From: Cycas panzhihuaensis
Taxonomy: Eukaryota; Plantae; Cycadophyta
Assembly: GCA_023213395.1 (NCBI GenBank)
Contig: CM041465.1
Coordinates: 161,951,741-162,015,740, forward strand
Direction: 5' to 3'
Length of the DNA stretch: 64,000 nt
In this document: positions 53,336 to 64,000 of the stretch, piece by piece
Layout of the letters: the number at the start of each line of letters is the position of its first letter
Position numbering within the stretch: the stretch's first letter is position 1
Made by a program: the position numbers and the translations under genes
The notes under the pieces: model-generated
The model's input: only the letters and a program-made list of their open reading frames with translations
What the model was told of the DNA's origin: nothing
Databases searched by the model: none

Positions 53336-55683
53336 AATAAGGTTATTATTAAGAACAAGTACTTATTGCCTAGGATAGAAGACTTGTTTAACTAAATAAA
53401 GGGAGCATCAATGTTCACAAAGATTAATTTATAATTAAATATAAAGACATCTTTGAAATAATATATAAAATAAGGTATGGCCACTACAAATTTGTTGTAA
53501 TTCCTTTTAGCCTAACTAATGCACTTGCCACTTTTATGTACATAATGAATAATATATTATGCCAATACCTAGACAAATTTATGGTGCTTTTGTTGATGAT
53601 ATAATAGTCCACTCTAATACAAGAAAGAAACATAAGGAGCACTTACAAATAGTGTTATAATTACTTACAAAGCACAAGTTATATGTGAAATTCAACAAGT
53701 GTAAATTTTATAAGGATTAGGTACATTACTTGGGGCATTTCATCTAAGTAAAAGACATCTGTAGACCCCCAAAAAAATAAAGGCAATCATGGATTGACCA
53801 TCCACTCATAATGTATAAGAGGTACGAAGCTTTATGGGGCTTATTGGATACTATAGAAAGTATGTAAGAGATTTTTCTAAGATTGTAGCCCTAGTTATTT
53901 CTATATAAAAGAATATACTAAGTTTATATAGAGTGAGCTATATGAAGAGAGGTTTTAATTGAAAAAATAATCGGTTATCCCAATGCACATATTAGTTGTT
54001 CTAGATCTAAATATAGACTTTTTAGTTTGCATAAATGTTAAGTTAGAGGGGCTTAGCACTATTCTTATACAAGGCAAAAACGTGGTGGCTTATAGGTCTA
54101 AAAAGTTGAAAGCATATAAAGAGAATAATCATATGCATGATCTTGAGTTTGCAGTTGTCATTCATGCACTCAATATTTGGTGACACTCTTTGTTTAGGTA
54201 AAAATTTAAACTTTAAATAAACCACAACAATTTTTAATATATCCTCACATAGCCACAATTAAATACTAGACAATGTAAATGAGTAGAATATATGAGCGAA
54301 TTTGATTTCTAACTATATTATATCAAAGGCAAAGAGAATAAGGTCACAAATACTTTGAGTTAGATACACCAATTACTATTATAACTATCCTAAAATCATT
54401 TTTAATTAATTTTATTTTAAGAGCTTATGAGGGAGATGCATTGTATAGATTAGCTAATGATATATTATAGTAACAAAGAGAATAATGAAATATGAATGCC
54501 AAGTTAGTAAGGAAGTTTATAGGGTTTGAAGAAATAGAGAATAGTACCTTGGCATAGCAGCAAAGAATTTATATATTGCACAATCTTAAAATTAGAGAAC
54601 TTATTTTGTATGAAGTGCATAAAGCACCTTATGCTAGACATCTAGGCTACACCAAGATATATGCTACTATAAAATGATAATTTTATTAGCCTGACATGAA
54701 GAAGGATGTATTGACCTATGTAACAAAATGTTTAATGTGCCAAAAAGTAAAAGCATAACATTAACATCTAGTTGGATTATTACAGTCACTAGAAATCTTA
54801 AAATAGAAGTGGAAAATAATAACAATGGATTTTATTACAATCTTGCCAATAGGTACTAAATAACATGATATAATTTTAGTTGTTATAGATAAGCTAATCA
54901 AGTTTATGCATTCCATACTAGTATATTCAACTAATACAATATTAGACATTACTGTAACATTTATGAAGGAGATTGTTAGATTACATGGAGTGCTAAAGGT
55001 CATAGTTTCTAATAAGGATAGTAAATTCCCCTCAAAATTTCAGAGATTATTATTCTAAGACTTGGGCATCAAGTTATAATTTAGTATAACATATCATTTA
55101 AGAATGATAGGTGGACTGAGAGAGTAAATCAACTATTAGGGGATATACTTAAGATATATACTATGGAGTGGCCTACAAGCTAGAAGAACTACTTATATCT
55201 AGTAGATTTCTCATATAACAAATCTATCCACTTATATTTGGGAGTAATCCTATTTAAGGATTTGTATGGTAGGAGGTGTAATACACCTCTAAGTTGGAAT
55301 GACTTGTAAGACATACATACATTAGGTCCAAACATATTATAGAAAATAAAAAGGTATGTGATTAACATTAGGTAATAACTAAATAACTAAATGTAGCACA
55401 AGATAAATAGAAAAGCTATATAAGCCTAAGGTAAGTAGCCAAAGAGTTTTAGATTACTGGCCATGTGTTCTTAAGGATGGGCCCTAAACATAGTTCTATA
55501 AGTTTGGAGGCCTATAAAAAGCTCACTTCAAAATATTGTGGACCTTTTGAGATATTAAAAAGGGTAGGTTTTGTTACTTATAGACTTGCACTACCACAAA
55601 ATATCTAAGCATATAATGCATTTTATATCTCATTGCTTAAAAAGTATGTGCTAGACTCAAGCATATATTGGACTAGACTAGCT
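53336..55683 (+). pseudogene. Tekay pol fragment (RT, RNase H, integrase)
   Basis: KNKYLLPRIEDLF, PFSLTNALATF, HDLEFAVVIHALNIW, EVHKAPYARHLGY, ITMDFI, IVRLHGV, YCGPFEIL. Confidence 0.92.
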
Positions 55684-58600
55684 TATTGGAATAATGCCCA
55701 TATTAGGGCTTTTATCTACCTAGGGTTGATTACCCACATTGAGGTGATAACCTAAGATTAGTAAAGATATTGTGGTGGTACTATGTCAAATCTTAACCAT
55801 ACTATAGCCACACTTTATTAGATTTTGGCAACATCATATCTAATATTTATCAATGCTAATTAGAAGTAGGCTTTGAGTGGTGTGCCACATCCCACTCAAG
55901 CCACACTTATTTATTCATGGGGTACAAAGACTCTAGTGCTCATTTATATTACCACTCTTATAAGATTGATGGTTTACTCCTTTCTGCATTCTTATTTTAT
56001 TTCCTTTATCCCCTAATTCCATCATTTGATATCAAAGCTATATTCAAGCATTCAAAGTCATCTTCCCTATTTACAAAAGCTATTATTTAGAGCTAAGTTG
56101 GATAAGCTATCAAGGAATCCTATTCAAAGCCACAGAGGAGCTTATAAGGAGTCTTTCGAATGTATTATTGGTATACATACACTCTTTGTTGGTTCAATTT
56201 ATTATTTATATTATTTGAATATTGCATTTACATGATTGATTTATGTTTGGGGGCATATTTGATATATGCTTATGTAACAAGCAAGACATCTTTATATACA
56301 TGTATCTAAGCTTGTTTGTATAGTCACATCAATATTTTAGAGAGATTGTCTAGTTTTGATATTCGGTTTAAGGTGTCTTCTTATCCTTGCTCTATGTTAT
56401 TTTGTCTCCCTACTTTAAAATATCAGTCATATGCTTGGTGATTGTATGGTTAGGGATTAATATCCTACATTATATTTCACATCTGTTAGAGCTACCAGTT
56501 AAGTGCTCATAATTATTGTGTTATTTCTCATATTACTTTGGCTTATGCTTAGCTTATGTCTTAAGTTCTTATGTCCTACTCATTAGATAATGTTCATGTA
56601 TATTGATTATGTCCTTACCTCTTTGTAACCATCTTCTTCATCTATTGAACCAGGCATTCCTTTAATTACTCCAAATCATTATCCATCCAATTAATCTAAT
56701 TGAGATATTTCTTCATCTAACTTACTATTTTAGAACTTGTTGATCTGTCATTCCAATCTTGTTTTTTTTCTTCCAAGATTAAAAGTTGAATTGCTTTGCC
56801 AAATATAAATCATTGCTTTTGCCCTTATAGTCACTTCATTTCAAGTTAGATTGTTGCATTTCCTTATGAAGTCATTCATCGTGCCCTCACAATTATCATG
56901 TCCATATTTATTGTAAAATATTTTGTGTTTGCACATAGTATTTAGTGACTTCATTAAGAAGATGAGAGTTACGTCATGCATTCACATGCATGAAATGTAT
57001 AGCCATCCATTTAACCATCCAGCTAGTGTGAAATTTCTATGAAACCATCAATTATGTTATGCCCTTATGCTAATATTTATAGTCTTCTTTAAAAATCTAA
57101 GCATGATCCCACAAAGCAAAATTGGATGTGTCTCTCTATTTTGATATCTAGCTATTTCATTTATGCTAAAGATGTTACCAATAGACACACGTAAATAGTA
57201 CACATATAGATCCCAGTGCAAACTTTAGACTTTACAAAATACATAGTTCAAAATTATTTCTGTAGACTTTATACTTGTACCACATTTAAATATTTATAGC
57301 TTTATATAAAGGTCTATTAATATATAAGCTCCATTAATGCAAATATTTGTAAATAACACTTTTTCAATATTTTTCATTCAATTTTTTGTAAATTATGAAG
57401 TTTTTTTTATAACTTTGAAAATAATTCTTTCAATTTACTCTACACACATCCATAACATATTTACTCAATTTAATTCACTATCTAAGTATATCAAGTTAGC
57501 TATGCAAAGTTATGGGCAAGATATTTTTGTATTAACTATGAAAGAGAAATAGATCTGAGTTTCTTGATCTGTGTATGCCCTCTTTATTGACTAGCCTGTA
57601 GGTCACATAGTTGCATTCAAATGACCAGGAGTTATTTTCAAAAGGGATTAAGTCAGTTTTCAAATAAGTTAGTTTAAAATTAGCACTTATTTTTACTGTA
57701 GAGGCCATAATTGTCATTAGTGAAGTCATATTTCAATTCTATTAACTTTAGGATAAAGTACATTTCCACCAAAAAAAAAAAGTGGTCACATAACCATATT
57801 TGGTTTCTATTTGATATACTTTTTAATGGTTCAATTTAATGTAAATTTTTTTTTATTCTTATGTGTTAAAAGGCTAATTTTTCTTAGATATTTTAATGCA
57901 TATCTTACCCATCTGATGTTAGAATTGAGTTCTATCTAAAGTATTAGATTCCTTTTTATGTCCTCTACTGAGTGGCTAAAATTTTAAAATTTTTTGAAGT
58001 CATTTAATGTAACTTTTTTATGCTTAAATTTAACACTAGTTTTAGGCTTCGTGCATGATGACCTTTATATAAAGTAGTAAATTTTTAGTTTGTAAACTCT
58101 CATTAATATAAAAAGTTACTTTAGAGGTGGTTGAATCCCAATTGAGACATTTGTCTAAGTCTTAAAGTTTAAGTGGAACAAATATTGATTACCTTTTAGT
58201 GCCCTTTATTACCTTTTTTTAGTGCTTTATTAACACTTTCTTTTAAGTACTTTACTTTTCAAACTGTTATTTTTTAAGATAATTTTCTGATTATGATGTC
58301 AATTATTGGTAATATTATAGTGCCCAAGTCTTATGGCACTAATTTTCTTAATTGGAGTAGACATATGAAACTATTTTCTGTATCCAAATATATATGGGAG
58401 CTTATTGAAATAGGTTATAGAGCACTTACTAAAAATGCCAATGAGAATGAGAAGAAAAGCTTCAAGAAGGACAAAAAGAGAGACAATGAGCCACTTACAT
58501 TCATTTTTGATGCATTGGAGGATCATATATTCTTAAGGGTCAATGAAGCAACAACATCAAAGGAAGCATGGGACGTGCTAAAGACTACATACAAAGGAGT

Positions 58601-61600
58601 AACAATATCAAAGCTTTAGACTTTAAGAAGTAAATTTAAGAACCTAAGGATGAATACTAATGAAGGAGTTAACAACTTCATTATAAAACTTCAAGGTCTA
58701 GTCAACCAAATGAGGGCCTTAGGAGAGGTAATTAGTGAGCAAAAGGTAGTTGAAAAAATCTTAAAGTGTGTAAGAGACATCAAGTGATTTAAGATGGTGG
58801 CCACTAATATTGAAGTTTTTAAGGACCTTAGTACCCTTAAGATAGATTAGTTAAGTGCCATGCTACTAGTTGTAGAAGAGAAAAATAGAGGAAGTGAATA
58901 CCTTGAGCATACTTTTGCGTCTAAGGAAAAAGTTAGACCTATGTACCAAGAATAAAGTTATAGGGGTAGAGGTTAATCCCTTAGAGATAGAGGCCAACTT
59001 ATAAATCAGTTTTAAATACAAAGTCAAGGCTACTAAACACAAGAATATCATCAAGGTCAAGGCTATCAAGTATAAGGTCAAAGTAAATATTAAGGATAAG
59101 GCCCAAGTTAATACTATCAAGGGCAAAATCATTTCCAAGGTCAAAGATACTTTCAAGGCCAAGGCTAAATTTATAGATCTCAAGGAAGAGAAAGAGGTCA
59201 AAGTCCTAGGGGTAGAAACCAAGGGCAAAGAGGTAGAAGTCCAATGAGTAGAGGAATAACCCAATGTTCTTACTACTATAAAAATTAACACTTAGAGGAA
59301 AACTGCTTTGAAAAAAGATCAAGTTTACAAAGAGGAACCTTTAACACAATTGTCGAGGAAAAATAAGATGATAGATTATTTCTTTCAAGTTTAATGGCCA
59401 ATAAGGAAACAGACAGTTAGTACATAGATTTAAGGTGTTATACATACATGACTTATAAGGAAGAGTTATTTAAGGAATTAAATAACTACAAGCAAAGTAA
59501 AATTATGTTTGGTGATAATACTGCTCAAGCAGTTATTCATAAAGGAAATATCTCTATATAAATTAATTTTAGAAAAACTAGGCACATAAATAATGTGCTT
59601 CATATTCTAACACTTAAGAAGAATTTGCTTTCAGTAGGTCAGATGATAGAACAAAAATACAAAGTAGTCTTTGACAATGGGAAATGTACCATCAAAGATA
59701 AATTAAGAAATAAAGCAATTGTGGATAAAGGATAAATGACTAATGATAGGTTATTCAAACTAGTCATACCCCTAACAAACTATTATGCCTTAAAGTTATT
59801 AACAAATGTGTATAGTAAAATATGACATAAAAGACTTGTCCATGTAAACTATAATAGTTTATTCTTAATAAAAAAAAAAGATATGGTAATTGGACTACCT
59901 ACCATTAAACTTAGCAAAGAACTATGTAAAGGATGTGTACTTGGAAAGCAAAAAATGGAAGGTTTCTCTAATAAAAGTTATAGGGCCCATGGGCCCCTTA
60001 AATTAATATACACAGACTTGTGTGGTACAATGGATGTGCTCTCACTTAGAGGTGTTAAGTACTTTATGATATTTATTGATGACTTCACAAGGATAGCATA
60101 GGTCTACTTCATCAAGTTCAAGTCAGATACTCTATAATGTTTTATAGACTTCAAAACTTTGGTGGAAAGACAAAGTGGACTTAGAATTTTGACCCTTAGA
60201 TCAAACAATAGGTGAGAATTCATTTCAAATGAATTCAAAGCTTATTATAGATATTATAGCATAAGAAAATATCTTACAAATCCTTATACTCAACAACAAA
60301 ATAAGGTTGTTAAAAGGAAGAATGGAACAATTATTAAAATGGAAAGAAATATGCTTAAGGATAAGCATCTAAGAAATAAATATTAGGCTAAAGTTATATA
60401 CACAATTGTCCACTTGTTAAACAAGTATAATACTAAAGCAATTATGTATGTTATACCAAAAAAACTTAGATAAGATATAAGTTAAGCATCAAACACTCGA
60501 GAATTTTTTAGTGCATAGATTATGCACATGTCCCAGATCAGAGGAAAATAAAGTTAGATGATAAAAATATCAAATGTATCTTTATAGGATATTGTGATTT
60601 TTCTAGATCCTATAAACTTTTTGATTTAAAAGGGAAAAGGATTATTATAAGTTTGGATGTCACCTTTAAAGAAGATGAATTTCATCAAGAAGAAGTGATT
60701 GAAAAAGGTAAGGACAAGAAGATCATGGTTGAGGTGGACTCAAATTCTAAGGACATAAATATACCTAATACAAATAAATCATGACCCTCTAGTTCAAATC
60801 AAAGGGTCCCTACGTGGGTATAAAGGGCTCATAACCTTTCAAATATTTTAAACACTAACTTTAAGAGAAGGACTACAAGATCTTAAAGGGCAAATTTTGC
60901 ACTTATAACTCTAGTTATAGTGTCCAATGAGCCTCACAACTTTAAAGAGGCAAACACTAAAGATGAATGGAAGAAAGCAATGAAGGAAGAGTATAATGCC
61001 TTAGTGAAAAATAATACATCGAAGTTAGCAGATCAACCACCTGCCAAAAATACTATTAGGACGAAATGAATTTATAAGACTAAATGCAAATTAAATGGAA
61101 CTATTGATAAGTATAAGACAAGGTTAGTTATAATGGGTTATGCTCAAATTGAGGGCATATATTATAATGAGACATTTGTACCTATTGTATGGTTAGAAAT
61201 AGTCAGATTGATAATGGACTTGCATGCATAGTAAGGTTGGATAGTACATCAAATGGATGTAAAAAGTGCCTTCTTAAATGGCTATATAGATGAAGAAATA
61301 TATGTCCAACAACCCAAAGGATTTAAAGTGAAAGGAGAAGAAAACGAGGTCTACAAATTTAAAAAAGCCTTGTATGGACTTAAGCAAGTACCTAAAACAT
61401 GGTACTCTATGATTAACGAATATTTTAAGGATAAATGATTCTAAAGAAGTCAATTTGATCCTAATTTATATATCAAATTAAAAAGAAGCTCTATATTAAT
61501 TATAAGCTTATATATTGATGACTTGGTATACAATGGGAATGATGATCACTTGTCTTAAAGATTTAAGAAAGATATATGCAAGAAATTTGAGATGACAGAC

Positions 61601-62050
61601 TTGGGACTAATATATTACTTCTTAGGCATAGAAGTTTAGCAAGATGAAAAGGGGATATTTGTTTCCCCAAGGAAATATGCATTTGACCTATTACACAAGT
61701 TTAACATGAATAATTACAAGCCACTTACAACTCTAGTAGAAGTTGGATTAAAATTATCCAAGTTTAAGGAATCAAAATATGTTGATCTTACACTCTATAA
61801 GTAATTGATTGGGAGTCTAATTTACTTGACTTTAACTTGACCAGACATCGTGTATATAGTCAGTGTGGTTTCTATATTCATGCATGAGCCTAAGGTAAAA
61901 TATTGACAAGTAGCCAAGAGAATTCTCAAGTATCTAAAAGGTACAATTGGATATATGTTACATTATAGGTCATCAGGGGACTACAGATAAGATTGATGGT
62001 TTATTCCTTTTTGTATTCTCATTCAGTTCCCTCTATTCCCTAATTCCATG
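55684..62050 (+). mobile_element. Ty1/copia element I (distinct family) with a 3' deletion
   Basis: 5' LTR 55684-56024, degenerate PBS tgatatcaaagc, about 2.2-kb leader, gag-pol. Only the last ~62 bp of the 3' LTR remain (61988-62050). No clean TSD. Confidence 0.88.
58293..61987 (+). pseudogene. Copia gag-pol of element I (RNase H deleted)
   Basis: NFLNWSRHMK...SKEAWDVL gag, CKGCVLGKQ and IDDFTR integrase, QMDVKSAFLNG and LYIDD reverse transcriptase. Confidence 0.92.
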
Positions 62051-62240
62051 GGTTAGCAACATGATTAAGCTTAGAGTTTAAAGAAAAAACACTCAAGATT
62101 CTAGACAGTAAGGAGAAAGTATTAAGAACTAAGATAATCAAGTAAGTAAAAGCCCAATTGCAATATTTAATACTAAAAGTTGCCACTTGGGAGTTAGAAG
62201 AAGAGATGACATAATAATATCTAGAACTATTTGTAACAAG
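62051..62240 (+). pseudogene. Tekay integrase C-terminal chromodomain relic
   Basis: KILDSKEKVLRTKIIK*VK...ATWELEEEM..YLELF. Confidence 0.8.
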
Positions 62241-62282
62241 GTAAATGACATTGGTATGATGTTCTCTTTAAGGGGAGGAGGA

Positions 62283-62982
62283 TGTAAAGACCCAACCTTG
62301 AGGTGACCATCATTTGGTATATGTTTTTACTTTTTTATGGTAGATTATTAGTAGTTTGTGCTTGCCCTTTTGTATTCATATCCCTTATCATCTTCATCTT
62401 CTTCACTTTTCTTTATAATTTGTATTAATATAAATCCTTGTATTTTATTTTGTTACCTTTTAACCTATATAAGATGAAAGCAATTTAATACTCTACTAGA
62501 TATAAGAGTGTATCACTTTATTTACTTATTCATCCTTATGAGGTAAGAGTTTATTTCATACTCCACCAAGCATTAGGATGCATCATCTTATGATTTTTAG
62601 ACGGGTAGTTCACTCATATTGGTCATGATATAAAGTGTTTATACTAACACTTTAATGTAATCTTTATTTTATTATGGCTTGCATCAATATAGAATCCAAC
62701 TAGACTACTTCCAAAAGGTAATTTATATAGATGAGTGGATGATATGAATGAAAGAAGAATAAAGGGTTAAGACTAATTATAGGGGTAGTAAATAGGTACT
62801 CAAATCTATAAATATCCTTAAGATATTAAATTTAGTTAATGGATATTATTTAAACAGAAAGATTTCACTAAGTAAAAGAATATATTTTAAGCTTTCTAAT
62901 GAGTCGTAGAAGTCCTAAAACACACATTAGATAAGAAAGTTATTATAGTTCAAAGTTGTTAGGTTTAAAACCTTACTAGTTA

Positions 62983-63039
<57 letters not shown>

Positions 63040-64000
63040 GTTGATAGATTTGTATAGTTTCATTCATAACTTTCTTGTTAGTTAATGAAAATTTGCCAAA
63101 TCAATCTTGTTGGAATCATAATAAAAGTGTTTTGATGCTTAGACAATTGGGGTTGATTAAAAGGCTCTCTACATTACAATATTTCAGGAAAAAGAAGTTG
63201 TGGGTAATTAAAAGTTAAGACCTAAAGACATTCTTGGCAACTATTATGTGTAATATTCCATCTATTAAGTCCTATAACCTCCACTTAATATTAATGACAG
63301 TTGGATATAGAAATGAATGTATAAAAAAAGAGAACCTAAGAGGGGGGAGAGGGAACATATACATGGGAATAGAGGAAAAACCATTAAATAAATAAACAAG
63401 TATTGAAGAGTTTTGGCTAAGTGAAATTGAGGGAGATTAGAAGGGTATTTATGTAAGGAGATTGAGGTAATAGACCAATTTTTAGAGCTGAAGTTTACTT
63501 TAGCTTATGCATTGGTTTGTACACTATTAGTGGGTTATCTCAACCTTATAAAAATAAATGTTTATTATATTTTAGAGCCTTATGGGTAAGTTACAATACT
63601 AATCTCCTTGGACTATTAGTATCTTGAGATCATGATAGTTAAGTAGTTACTTTTCCTTGATCATTGGTTAAGTAAGGATTCTAAGTTAATTGCTTTTCCT
63701 AAGCTCTTTATATACATGGTATTTAGTTGGTTGCTCCACCTACAGGTTGTTTAAAGATAAGGGTCTTTAGTGGTTACTCTCCTTAAACTTAGTTATGCTC
63801 TATAAGTTTACAACTAGTGCATAGAATAATAAGGTAGTCCTTTGATATTAGATTTATAAGGATTCTTAAGTGACTTTACATTATTGGTCTAATTAAAAAT
63901 ATAATCAGGGTTTAAGAAGAAACAATTATTATTATGTGAGACTAATGATGCTTTAAGTAAATATATCCTTACATGCAACAATAGTAGCTTTGAGACAACT
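62283..64000 (+). repeat. 3' LTR of the Tekay element (runs off the window)
   Basis: tgtaaagaccc... colinear with 31313 onward, except for one missing ~717-bp block. Confidence 0.92.
62985..63034. repeat. (TA)25 microsatellite
   Basis: Read directly from the sequence. Confidence 0.98.

Larger units (their letters stand above)
31313..64000 (+). mobile_element. Tekay/Del-type chromovirus (Ty3/gypsy) with about 3-kb LTRs, hosting four nested LTR elements
   Basis: 5' LTR 31313-34357, PBS tagtattagagc at 34360-34371, PPT aaggggaggagga before the 3' LTR at 62283. Host reading frames rejoin across the inserts (KVIECL|DDQGK; INYRQL|NKVIIKNKY). Chromodomain relic ATWELEEEM..YLELF at about 62180-62235. 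Confidence 0.93.

Noticed and set aside
58866-59291. 141-aa antisense ORF
   Set aside because: It is the shadow frame of the Q/G-rich gag tract: CAA and TAA read as Leu on the other strand.

Overview
AT-rich (roughly 30% GC by eye), CpG-depleted plant heterochromatin made almost entirely of nested, decayed retrotransposons. I found no host gene, RNA gene or CRISPR array. From left to right: (A) a complete Ty1/copia element (223-6465) inserted in the gag of a minus-strand Tekay/Del-like Ty3/gypsy relic; (B, C, D) three small non-autonomous LTR elements (9511-11565 minus, 11963-15123, 16652-20383), probably sitting in another old minus-strand gypsy; a 323-bp inverted repeat around a (GA)n tract; a second copia of family A (23464-29466); and a large Tekay/Del chromovirus (31313 to beyond 64000, about 3-kb LTRs). 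That chromovirus holds four LTR insertions: a gag-only TR-GAG-like element (34836-37742), a short-LTR chromovirus (39100-47006) carrying an L1 LINE, a third family-A copia (47458-53330 minus) carrying a younger L1 LINE, and a distinct copia (55684-62050). Most notable: a roughly 400-480 bp leader module built from ATAACTTT...AAAGTTAT units is shared by three non-autonomous elements with unrelated LTRs, two with gypsy-type and one with copia-type gag. Also notable are a prion-like Q/G/Y plus RG domain in one copia Gag, a PBS duplicated into an LTR, and pervasive C-to-T decay that includes CHH context. All identities and alignments were estimated by eye.
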